The notes beneath the pieces were generated by a model. The model searched no databases, was not told the DNA's origin, and saw nothing but the letters and a program-made list of their open reading frames with translations. A DNA stretch of 44,200 nt, taken from assembly GCA_032718475.1 (NCBI GenBank), contig JAUCBJ010001134.1, positions 1 to 44,200 of the forward strand. The letters are read 5' to 3'. The position numbers and the translations under genes are program-made. Numbering within the stretch: the first letter of the stretch is position 1; each line of letters opens with the position of its first letter. Positions 21,326 to 32,072 of this stretch are shown here, one piece after another. The DNA comes from Nemertoderma westbladi. Its lineage: Eukaryota > Animalia > Xenacoelomorpha.

Positions 21326-24307
21326 ATGTTCATCATTGTCGATATGGTTTTTATCCAGGAGATAAAACTGTCATATAATTTCAAGGTTGCCGGTTTCGAG
21401 GTATACCGCAGTGTTTTAGGCGGCGATAGCCATCGAGGCGGAACTGCAATACTATTACGCCATAAATTTGTATCACCCGGGGTAAAAACCTTTAGGGAGA
21501 AGGAGATATGTGGAATCCAACTGCCAGATTTCCCATCCACGATGTTTATATCTATATATGATCCACCTTGCTCATCTCCCTATGCAACCGCAACGACCCT
21601 GGCTAAACTGCAATTGATGATAATTAATAGCCCTCCGTGGATGTCTTTCATCATAGCCGGAGATCCAAACGCAAGGATGGGGGACCTATCCTCGTTTTCC
21701 GATCATTTAATCTCATACAGAACACCGCATGATACCCTGTGTAATAGCTACGGAAAGAACTTGTTACATTTGTGCAAATCTTCAAATCTTGTAAATCTAA
21801 GTTATTCGAGTATAGCTGGAAAGCGACACGGCGGGGAACTAACTTTCAGGCGAAAATCAGGTTTTATATCAGAGCCTGATCGTTGTCTTGTTAGCAGGGA
21901 GATCGTATCAGCGATTACAAAATTCGATGTAATCTTAGATCATTTACCCTCAGATCATGCTCCGTTGGAAATCTTTATCAAGCTGGTGAATGAAACAAGT
22001 ACGATTATACTAGAGAAGAGCTCCGACATGTTGGGTTGTTATAACCACATATTATGCAGCGGTAATGGCGTCAGGAAATGTAGAAAAGGTATCAAAGCCA
22101 ACACCCTATGTAAAGAGGGCTTTATAGAAATGTTAGGACCACCAACTCTTGCCGAACAATCCACCTCAGGGAACAACCCACACATAGACACTCTGATAGA
22201 AAGTTTCACCGAGCAAATTTACAAAACTGCCAAATCAAATAAATGTAAAACCCCAATCCTGGCTAACAGCACAAACAGACAGTCCTCAGTAGTCCGCCAG
22301 TGGACCGAGTTGGCTATTCCTGGCAATGAGGCATCCCTGTGGCATCGAATTGGATGGAAAGGGGAGCTTACAGAGGGATCGGACATCTCCGTCACACCGT
22401 CTGACACTGAGTTCAAATCACATTTTGAGTCCCTTGGATATACGAATGCGGGAGAGATACAGACCAACCTTACCGAAGATTCGCCTTACATCCCAATCTT
22501 AGACGATTCGATAACGATAGAAGAGCTCACTTCGGAAATAGACTCCCTCGATGATCGAAAAGCAGCCGGACCTGATGGAGTCGGATCTGCCGTTTTAAAG
22601 TTTCTCTCATATCAGTGGATTTTATTATTATTACATATATTTAATGTTATTTTTAGCAGCGGAACTTTCCCCACAATGTGGTGTTTTAGTAAACTCGTAG
22701 CGATATTTAAGCGAGGATCACGTTCAGCATGTACTAACTACCGAGGTATACGAGTTATAAACACTTTATTAAAGGTGTTTGACGGAATTTTAGCGAAGCG
22801 TCTAATAAAATGGGCGAAACCTTACTGCGAACAAGCAGGGGCACAACGCTCTCGTTCTTGTATTGAACATATACTAACACTAAGACTATTAATAGATTAT
22901 ACCTTTTTTATGAAGGAAAAACTATTCCTAGTATTTATCGACTTTAGCTCTGCTTATGATAATGTCCCCAGATCAAAATTGTTTTCCGTGCTGAAACGCA
23001 TGGGGTGTGGTAGAATTATGCTTCGTATTTTGATTGCTATGTATTCTAGAACATCTAGTTTTCTGGGAGATAGTGTCATTCGGTCAGATACGGGTGTTCT
23101 ACAAGGGTCCCCGAGCAGCTGCTTTCTTTTCGCCATATTTTTGAACCCCCTTATAGCCCTACTACGGCGCTGTCTACCAGACAGTTTTTTAAAGTGGCTC
23201 CACATCCTCATTTTGATGGACGATTCAGTAATCATTGCAACAACACGGGAACGAGCTATTGAAAAACTGAAAATTCTGTTGGGTTATTGTGCTGAGTATG
23301 GTATGATAATAAATATTAAAAAAACAAAATTTATGGCTGTTGGAAGGTGTACTTTATCGGACAGGACGGATATCTGTATTATATCACCGGACAATGAGAC
23401 ATTAATCGTTAAAAATTGTGACTGTTATGTGTACCTGGGGGCTCCCATAACACAGGACGGTAAGTTGGAAACCGTGTATAATATTCATTTGACCGAAAAA
23501 TCTAAGCAAATAACCAAATTCTATGGTTTCCTTGATAAACACAACTTTATGCCAGTATGGTTGAAATTATATGTATTTAGAGCCGCAATAATTTCCAGTT
23601 TGTTTTACAGCTGCGAAACCTGGCTTGGGAGTCAGCCTATTGAGATATACTCAAAATATTGCAAGATGTTGTGCAGTACAATAGGGGTTCGTCCAAACAC
23701 AGTGCGTGAAACACTATTCACTGAAACTGGCGAACCAAATCCGAAATCTCTAGTCGAGCACAAACAGCGAAAATTCCTGATAGGAATTCTAGCTAAACCA
23801 GATTTACATGAACCTCTAATTATGGTGCTTGATATGTGCAGGCAGTCCGGGACTAGAATGGCCAAGACGATAGACAAGATCGTTGCAGACGACCGGAATC
23901 CTTTGCAAGCCGGGCGTACGACTATAAAAACCACAATCGCAAGCGCAACTTCCACGCGAATGTCAATATATCGTGAGGTGAACCCGAACCTAGACAAACC
24001 GTCAGTCTACAGCTCAGGGTCCATTGTAGATGAGAAATTGAGAATCAGCTGGTCCCGCTTTCGCTTGACGTCTACAAACCTGGCCGTAGAGCGTGGACGA
24101 TGGAGCCGTACCGACCGAAACTCGCGAATTTGTGCTTGCGGGGATACCCAGACCGAGCTACACATTCTGAAAGATTGTCCTCTTCTAAAGAACGATCGGG
24201 ATTCCCTTCACCCATTCCGCATAACGTCTCTCAATCACTTGCAAAACCCTCACACAATCGGCTTAGTACACCGCGCACTATGTGTGCTCGAAGGCCATAT
24301 TGGCTAA
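21326..24307 (+). CDS. APE endonuclease-reverse transcriptase ORF2 (uninterrupted, slightly 5'-truncated)
   Basis: D.VFIQE.K, GGTAIL, AGDPNAR and SDH.P (APE); KAAGPDG, NYRGI, EQAG, FIDFSSAYD, GVLQGSPSS and LMDD (RT); C-terminal E.GRW...R.C.C...E.H.L..CP. The first 17 codons of the listed ORF (21275-21325) belong to the host element. Confidence 0.9.
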   Translation: MFIIVDMVFIQEIKLSYNFKVAGFEVYRSVLGGDSHRGGTAILLRHKFVSPGVKTFREKEICGIQLPDFPSTMFISIYDPPCSSPYATATTLAKLQLMIINSPPWMSFIIAGDPNARMGDLSSFSDHLISYRTPHDTLCNSYGKNLLHLCKSSNLVNLSYSSIAGKRHGGELTFRRKSGFISEPDRCLVSREIVSAITKFDVILDHLPSDHAPLEIFIKLVNETSTIILEKSSDMLGCYNHILCSGNGVRKCRKGIKANTLCKEGFIEMLGPPTLAEQSTSGNNPHIDTLIESFTEQIYKTAKSNKCKTPILANSTNRQSSVVRQWTELAIPGNEASLWHRIGWKGELTEGSDISVTPSDTEFKSHFESLGYTNAGEIQTNLTEDSPYIPILDDSITIEELTSEIDSLDDRKAAGPDGVGSAVLKFLSYQWILLLLHIFNVIFSSGTFPTMWCFSKLVAIFKRGSRSACTNYRGIRVINTLLKVFDGILAKRLIKWAKPYCEQAGAQRSRSCIEHILTLRLLIDYTFFMKEKLFLVFIDFSSAYDNVPRSKLFSVLKRMGCGRIMLRILIAMYSRTSSFLGDSVIRSDTGVLQGSPSSCFLFAIFLNPLIALLRRCLPDSFLKWLHILILMDDSVIIATTRERAIEKLKILLGYCAEYGMIINIKKTKFMAVGRCTLSDRTDICIISPDNETLIVKNCDCYVYLGAPITQDGKLETVYNIHLTEKSKQITKFYGFLDKHNFMPVWLKLYVFRAAIISSLFYSCETWLGSQPIEIYSKYCKMLCSTIGVRPNTVRETLFTETGEPNPKSLVEHKQRKFLIGILAKPDLHEPLIMVLDMCRQSGTRMAKTIDKIVADDRNPLQAGRTTIKTTIASATSTRMSIYREVNPNLDKPSVYSSGSIVDEKLRISWSRFRLTSTNLAVERGRWSRTDRNSRICACGDTQTELHILKDCPLLKNDRDSLHPFRITSLNHLQNPHTIGLVHRALCVLEGHIG

Positions 24308-24613
24308 TAAGCCAATAAGGTTCTCAATCTAAGGTAGACAATCTATTTAAAATCTTGATATCCATTTGAAATTGTATATATTTATATTTATATCTATATA
24401 TGTCAGAAAGTTATTTATTCTAATTTGGCTGTACTATTAGTATTCTAATACTACAATGTATTGTATGTTAATTTAAGATAGATCAATGCGGTGGACAGTG
24501 TATATATTAACCAGACAATGTAACGGTACCTTCATATATTTTGTGTTCTTGCGGTGCGTCTTTATATGTTGTTACATATACAATGTCAATAAATATCTAA
24601 TCTAATCTAATCT
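21326..24613 (+). mobile_element. L2/CR1-group-like non-LTR retrotransposon nested in the RTE
   Basis: Removing 21326-24613 restores the host codons TTC ATT GTT CT|G GTT GAC TAT GTT (FIVLVDYV). The 3' end is AATAAA plus (TCTAA)n. Only a TCT microhomology is seen, with no long TSD. Confidence 0.85.
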
Positions 24614-25193
24614 GGTTGACTATGTTCTACGCATGTCCTTAGATCATTATAATGATGATGGGGTGATGATAACTCCACCTACTGGCTCCAGAAGTCGAGG
24701 AAATCCTGCCAAGTACCTAACTGATCTAGACTTTGCTGATGACTTAGGAGTACTCTCAGAATCATTAGAGGGAGCCCAACGGCTCCTCAGCTCATTAGAA
24801 CATGCTGCTTCTAGTGTTGGTCTTTTTATTAATTCTAGAAAGACCAAAATTCTGACAGTTAATTTTGAAAGTCCTCAGTAAGTCTCTGATCGGATGAGCA
24901 TAAGCTCAAAGGATGGTATGCTTGAGCATGTGGACGACTTCTGTTACCTGGGATCATGGATCCGGAAGTCAGGTGAGGACCTTCGAATACGTAAGGGAAA
25001 GACATGGGCAGCCTTGAATAGGCTTTCCAGGATTTGGTAGTCACCGAGAATTAATCGGAAACTCAAGGTCCGATTATTTAGAGCAGCGGTAGTTCCAGTA
25101 CTCCTCTACGGGAGTCCATGCTGGGCTCTAACTGCTGAGGACACCAAATCTCTGGATGGCACATTCACAAGAATGCTACGCCGGGTTCATTGT

Positions 25194-26343
25194 TGTAAAA
25201 GCTTTTGCGGATATAACCAGTCATTTTCTCCGCAATATACCGTGTAGGTGTTTTAGCGGACATAACAAGCCATTTTCCACGCAATGCGCAGTATATGTGC
25301 TTTAGCGGACATAACAAGCCATTTTTACCGCAATGCGCTTAATACTCTAAAAGACTGGAACTCAGATGACGAAATCTGTCAGCTGATTTACTGTAAACGT
25401 GGAACATCTCTTTTGTTAAGCTCGCTCAGCTCAGCCAATATGAGCGATTTTCATTTTATCTTGTACAGAGGCCTACGGAAAACCGCGCAATGCATTTCGT
25501 ACTTTGTTTACCTTTCTGAGCGAGAGAACTGCTTGGAAATTCTTCTGTACTTCTGTGTGGAAGTTTCAGACTTTGACCTAAACATCAGAAACATCAGATG
25601 GCTTTGATTACAAGAACGTAAAACTATTAACTGAATCATACTTCATATCTGAATCACGGAAACGCGATTCAACTACCGCATCACACCGCAATTCATGCAT
25701 TGCTGCACATGGAACACTGCATAAGTAACACATACTGACTGTTCACCGCATTATTTGATTCTGTTATTAATTGGTGTTATGTTGGTGTATATTGCTGATA
25801 TATTTGGAGAATACCGATGAATAATCATAAAACCCCCAATCTTCTTGATTACTAAAGGTTAGAGGAACAGGTTTACCGGTAGCAACTGCGACTTACATTA
25901 TAGTGGTTTTTGTGTGAATTAAATGCTATTTCATAATCCCTACATGTGTCAGTTGCGATCCTCCTTATATATGATCAAATTCAGTGACGGTCGGCAGATC
26001 AGTGCGCAGTAGTGTGAACTAGTGTGAAGTCGTGTGAAGGTTAATAAAGCATCTCCTAAAGAATGCGCTTTTTACGAAACTCAGTAGCCATCCAGTTGTG
26101 ATTAGTATAAGTCATAACTCTGTTTTATACTTAAAGCGCCACGTCCTAAAGGAACTGTTAATTAATTAAGTCTACACTGCAATCACTATCAAAGCATCCG
26201 AATCCAGTCTCCCTTAACTGTGGGTGAATGGTTGCGCACAGGCTGGCTTCGGCTGATGTAACTTCAGTACATTAAATAATTGATATACAAAAAGACAATT
26301 AAAATTGGCAGGTTAAACTGCTAAAGGTCTAAAAGCGCGAACA
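25194..26343 (+). mobile_element. Solo LTR (1150 bp), same family as 8249-9518
   Basis: TGT...ACA termini. Perfect 5-bp TSD ATTGT (25189-25193 / 26344-26348). Removal restores the RTE frame RMLRRVHCVKYNAHISNQ. Confidence 0.92.
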
Positions 26344-27595
26344 ATTGTGTCAAGTACAATGCACACATCTCCAACCAGACACTATATAACATTGGAGGTG
26401 TCTCATTGGTTCCCCCAAGCTTGACACTAGAACAAAATCGCCTCCGCTTTGCAGAACATTGCTTTCGCCGTGAGGACCAGCCAGTGCATAATCTTGTACT
26501 TTGGTAGCCTCATGGAGTGAATAAGCATGGTGGACAGCCCATGACTTTCTTGAGACGCATCTTAAAGGACACTGGCCTTAAAGATGCGGATGATCTAGCA
26601 AATGTCATGGGTGATAGGGAGTTGTGGCGGTGCAATTTTGTTGACAAGCCGGCACAGCATTCTTAAAAATGCAGCTGCAATGCAGCATGCCGATCCTAGT
26701 AGTAGTAGTAGTTCTCAACACTACCACCCACCCCTTTGTGAAATTGTTTAAATGTTTGAACAACAACATTTACATTATTCAGTTAGTTTGTTGCATTTGT
26801 CTAAAATAATTATTTTATTAAATACTTATATAAGCATAGGGAACGAGACTTATTTTGAAGCCAACAAATTTGAAATGCATTATGAATCCAATATCCAATT
26901 TATTATTATTATTAATTATCCAATTTGAATTGATCGATCCACTTGCTTATCGGATAAACAGTAAATACGTGTCCAAGTCGACTAAAGACGAAGCTGTATC
27001 TGGCCCTGAAGGAATAACAAACTCATCGGTGACAGTAGTATGTAGGGATATTTATACTGCAACCTGACTGTCTGATATTTTCCACGTCATTGGGTATTTT
27101 GGTCTTTAGGTCCTGCGGCTTTACTGGTGTCATATCCTGGTGTCGTTAAGAGAAAAGAGCAGATTATACGGTGACATACAGGCATTATTCTAACCAAAAC
27201 AATAAACGAGACTCAATAGCACATGTTACCGATTAATTTTATACCAGTAATCAGCTGTAAAAAGAAGCAAACCTACTATCTTATTAATGTTTATTGTTTT
27301 GGTTCGAAAAACATGCCACTGTAAACTGCTCATTTCCATGGAAGGGGAGACAATTTTTTACTTATAATTTACCTTATGCGTTGTTTGTTAGGATATATAT
27401 TTATTCACAGAACTCATTTAGTTTTTATTCCTTACCAACAAAAAAATGCAAAACACGTGAAATATAAGCCGAGAGATATTAATATAATTATTTCATCTTT
27501 CAATAATAATAATTACAATTATAGACGAAACAATAGTAATCCTCGTAACACATTACGTCCCTATTATGTGAAACAAACTGCATACAAACCGACTT

Positions 27596-28387
27596 CTATA
27601 CTGACTCTACCACCGGAGGTTCATACCCGTCTACCCTACTAACTCCCTCCCCTACAGCGCTACTCTCTGCCGCTTTACTACCAGTGTCCCCGTGCATCTC
27701 CATCAACTTTCCCAGATCGAATCTCGGTTTCTTTAACACTTTCACCTTCCGTATAAACACATCCTGCAAGGGGTAGATGGCCTGGCAGTGCTTCTCTATA
27801 TCCTTGCCGATAGAATCAGGAATGAGTTTCTGTACGAACCCTTTTAGATCCGATGTGGTCACCTCCTTGCTGATTATCTCTATCATTTTCGCTCGTATTC
27901 TTTTTATCTGCTGGGTCTGCGCGTACGAAGTCTTCTTGGTCTGGTTGGGCGCTCGTTTAGTAAACCCGATACAAAACACCCTCAATGTATAATTATCGGT
28001 GGTTCGGATATCCACGACAGCTTCTATCAGGGTCTGCCATTTCTTAACCATCGAACAGAGTTTATCCCGGGTGAAGCTCATCCCGTGGAAGTTGGTTAAA
28101 CAATTCTTCCCTTGGACGTCCTCCGTAATTAGTTTGAACTTCCTGAAGGCAACTTCGTCGTTCTGTAGATCGGCTAACGATACCTCGAACACCCGTCCCT
28201 TCAACCCATCCGAAGCAATCTTGGTTCCCATTGTTCGGTTCACCATGGTTTTCCCGATATTTCGGATAGCGAACACCGACGGCGCTTTAACATCGTACCA
28301 TTCTTTCTTAGCAAAGGTGTCTACGGCCTTCTTCTTGGCCCCTTTCTTACCGCCTTTGGTTAAACGTTTATTCTTTCCGACAGCCAT
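27596..28387 (-). CDS. RPS3A: 40S ribosomal protein S3a (eS1), intronless CDS
   Basis: 263 aa, [20 protein letters not shown]...[10 protein letters not shown]...YEPPVVESV. Full length and clearly metazoan-type eS1. Confidence 0.98.
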   Translation of the reverse strand: MAVGKNKRLTKGGKKGAKKKAVDTFAKKEWYDVKAPSVFAIRNIGKTMVNRTMGTKIASDGLKGRVFEVSLADLQNDEVAFRKFKLITEDVQGKNCLTNFHGMSFTRDKLCSMVKKWQTLIEAVVDIRTTDNYTLRVFCIGFTKRAPNQTKKTSYAQTQQIKRIRAKMIEIISKEVTTSDLKGFVQKLIPDSIGKDIEKHCQAIYPLQDVFIRKVKVLKKPRFDLGKLMEMHGDTGSKAAESSAVGEGVSRVDGYEPPVVESV

Positions 28388-30934
28388 TACTAAGTTATTA
28401 GGTTAGCTTATTGAGCTTAGTTATAAAAGCGTAGCCCAGGTCTAAATAACTGAAATATGTAATAGGCCTACTGTAATAAATTGTAACTGTCAGACTCTGT
28501 GTGTATGATACGGATACTATTGAACTATTTACATGATTACATGTATCTTTGGATCCGTTAATAAACGTCAGAACGTGCTGACGGGTCTTGTTACTTTGTT
28601 GATCGTCCTTTTCAACGGTATTACAAGTACTGATGTACCGGTACCGGACTAGGCCTAATTATTGGGCTACGCTCAGGCAATCAGACGCTACCTCAGGCTG
28701 TCAGGCTCAGAGCTCGTAACTACAGTACAGCAGTACGACGTTATATCTGCCAGTGTATCTCGTTCTCGTATCTATTTGACAGCTAATTTGTAATTACTGT
28801 GGCAGCAGTACAGCAGTAGCAGTCCAGTACTGTATTATCTGCCTAACTGCCTAATGGAATTTGACTATGACACCGGTAATGGCTGAATGGGAACGTCTGA
28901 ATGGCAACCTGCCTGCCTGCAGTGCAGACCAGCTGGATGCAGCAACTTGCCGAATTCCTGAATTGTACCGTACAGCCGTACAACACGACGCGTGCCGTAC
29001 CGCGTACCGTGCCGCTGCACCGTGCCGTTAGGCCGTGCCAGTCGCAGTCAAGTCACCGGTCACTCTCTGTCCACCACTCTGCCAGAATGCCACTCTGCCA
29101 CTACTCCACCACCACCTTCGCACCCTGTCCAGCTGTCAGTCTATCCTGCAGTCCCAGCAATCTGGTACCGGTAGGTTGGTAGTGGTAAACTGGTAAATGC
29201 AGTTCCGGTACATTACAGCATTACACCTGCCTTCTGCTCTGCTGGCTGCTGCCCTTGCCTGCAGTAGGCCTACAGCAGTACCGCGTACCGGAACCGGACC
29301 GGTTACCTTCAGTTAATCCATCGGAGGCGGTCAATTAGAACCTACTGCTGTACTGACCTACGCTGTACGGGACGCTGCTCGGTGCACTTCATTCAGATAC
29401 ACAGTTACAGTACAGCAGTACTGCAGTACAGCAGTCAGTCAGGCTGTAGGCCTACTAGTCCAGTAGTCCAGTAGTCTCGAGTCAGCTTGCTGCTACTTTG
29501 CTACTGCTGTACTTTGCTACTGTTGTCGGTTATTTGTTTTTGTTGGTTATTTGTTTTTGTAATGCGTTTCTTAGTGCAGCTACAATTGTTGAGTGCTAAC
29601 GGTGGCTGGTGTAATGGGCCTACCCGTCCAACCACCGTCTACATTCTACATCGTATGTAGAAATGTAGAAAATTGTTCAGAAATAAATAAATAAATACTG
29701 CTCTACCTGCCTAGTGCCGGTACTGCGGTGCACGATTCGGTTCTGATGTTAGCGTTAGCGCAGTCACAGCAATGATTGATTGTTTTTTTTTACACGTAAT
29801 TAAACCTTTTAAAATACACAATAAAATAGGCCTACTAAAATACACATTAGATTACAATACTGAACTAAGTACAAATTCAGCAGATATTTATAAGCACCAA
29901 TACTGGTAGAGGTGGTAGCTGAGTAGTCCTATCAGCTTACAGTATTATAAATAAATAAATAATGTAGAAATGTTTAATTGAAATTGAAAGGTTCGAGTGT
30001 AAGGATAGCCCCATGAGGTGTACACCTCGTAAAAAATATATGTTTACTGGTACGTATCTCATAAATGAAAAATTAAATAAAAATGAAAAGCGAAAAGCTG
30101 ATTTGAAAAATGTCAAAAGTTCGTAAAACGTAGCAGTCTAAAGAGTTGATAAAATTTTTAAAATTCTTCAAACATACTGTAGGACGCTAAAAGTCAGACC
30201 CCGCCCCCCCCCCCCCCCCCCCCCCTCCTTTAAAAAGATATGTAGTTCGATAGTTGTCTCCGTTCTTTAGTTTACTGAATAGATGAGCTTTCAGTTTATG
30301 CTTGAAATTCTCGAGTGGTGCAGTACTAAAAAATTCAACAAAATCCAAATCAATCCAAATCTTAGGTCTTACAATATACTGTACTTCTAACGTCGGAGAA
30401 GCTGAAATTCGCTGGTGGGATCCAATAAGAATGGGGAAAGTTTTGTCAAAGTTGAAGTCGAGTAGCAAATTAGTGATGTTCCAGAATAATTTAATTAATT
30501 AATTTCACAATAAGCTGTGACTCAATGGGAAATTAGTAATATTTACACTGGCGTGTTACACATTAATTGCTATATCTCGGAAACTAGAAGTCGTATCAAA
30601 TTTTTAAATATATCAAAAACTTCACCATATATTAAGCTAACTGATGTAAAAAATATATACAATTCCAATTCCATTAATGTTGGTGAATATTTTTCACATA
30701 ATTAAATTGTGATTGCTCTATTTTGAGAAAATCCCACCAATAGACCCTTGTTGCTATGTAAAATCTATGTTGCTAAGGAAAGAAACAAAAATTGAAGGTT
30801 ATCCGCATAATATATTTTTATAGACTTTTTGGGGGTATTAACAAGGTAATGTAGAATTAAAAAAAATTGGTTTCGATGAATTGCGAATTTGTTATGGGTT
30901 GACCCCCTTTTTCGGCTAGATTGTCTCGCCTATT

Positions 30935-31372
30935 GATACAGTAGTTAACTTGTTTTGGATGCACCAGTCTAGAACGCGGTCCATTGTAGCGCTTAGCGAT
31001 TTTGATATGGTTTCTACGTCTCTATCTGATTTCATTATGTTTGTATCATCTGCAAATGTGTGGTCAAGAGTATCATATTCAATCACAATATGGAAGTCGT
31101 TCCCATTCCCTGGAACAATAGCACTCCATGGTTTACTGGGCGGGCGGTGGATTTAGCATTTCCGATTGACACATATGCCATGCTGTTTTCTTCCAGTCAA
31201 GTAAGATCTAAACCATTCTTTAGTTTTATGTGAGGCACCCATAGCTTTGAGTTTGTCTAATAGGATATCATGATTTACAGTATCAAATGCCTTTTTAAGA
31301 TCAATTGTAACGATAACCTGTTAGTTTTCCCGTTTCGATCCCCAGTTTCGTCGTAGAGTACCCTTCGCGAAG
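30935..31372 (-). mobile_element. Decayed CR1/L2-type LINE RT fragment
   Basis: The minus strand reads REGYST..GKLTG / IVTIDLKKAFDTVNHDILLDKLKAMG and FADDT, with frameshifts and deletions. Confidence 0.75.
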
Positions 31373-31451
31373 TAATTAATCACTAAAACTTCTAATTGAC
31401 GTACCACTTACGTACTTACAGTATTTAACTTGCCCAGCCCATATTGACAAA

Positions 31452-32017
31452 TGTTAGCTTATCCAATTCCGCTAACACAAACCCATAGAGTGAGCCATAA
31501 AGCAATATTGGGAGCACGAGGTTGATTACCAATCAACCTCGTGTCAGCCCAGTAAACGGGGACAATAGGCCCCAAAGGAGACACACACAATAAGGGTCAG
31601 GGGTTACTCCCCTGACAAGAGAGAGAATAGCTGGGGTGAACGGGAAACACACCAGGGAAGGTGAAGGGGCGAGAAGTGGGATACTAGCCAATGGGGGGGC
31701 AAGGCATCGATTAGGTAGTAATATGGCCAACCGTGCAGTATATTACCTGTTGGTGCTCCCCTATTCAGTCAGTTATCTCAGTCGGTCAGTACAGTCAGGT
31801 AGTACGGTGACAGTTAGGACCGTCACCGCCGTCATCACATTACCGGTACCAGTGCAGCAGTATTCAGTGCTATCTGCTATTGTACCTATACACTATATGT
31901 TATCTCAATTTATATCCTTAACAACAACGTCAGAACAACAACTCTTTTCATCCACACGGCGGGGACGCGTACTTAACCAATACCGGATAAACCGGGATCC
32001 TCTCGGATCCCGTCACA
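31452..32017 (+). repeat. 5' LTR
   Basis: No difference from 38132-38697 found by eye (offset 6680). The ORF-track translations across both LTRs are identical. Confidence 0.95.
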
Positions 32018-32072
32018 GTCCTAACTCTAGGCCTGCCGAACTGTAACTGCCAGACACAGACCAAAGACAAAG

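Larger units (their letters stand above)
20216..26712 (+). mobile_element. 5'-truncated, decayed RTE-like non-LTR retrotransposon, interrupted at 21326-24613 and 25194-26343
   Basis: RT motifs across frameshifts: ASGVDGVPPE, NQNGFRKGR, FVDFFKAFDSV, GVLQGDTLAPFLFIV|VDYVLR, LDFADDL, VGL.IN..KT, LLYGS..W, RLRFAGHC.R. (TAG)n tail at ~26696-26712. Confidence 0.88.

Noticed and set aside
10062-30226. Long poly-C runs (~10062, 12000, 17222, 17569, 30205) as G-quadruplex elements
   Set aside because: Simple homopolymers, mostly in or beside repeat remnants. Their lengths are unreliable in assemblies.
29920-30927. Sola-like MITE with GAG...CTC ends
   Set aside because: The text looks like a non-autonomous DNA element, but I could not find convincing TIRs or a TSD.
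31533-32046. ORFs within the LTRs (also 38213-38744)
   Set aside because: Duplicated only because they lie in the LTRs. No recognisable protein features.
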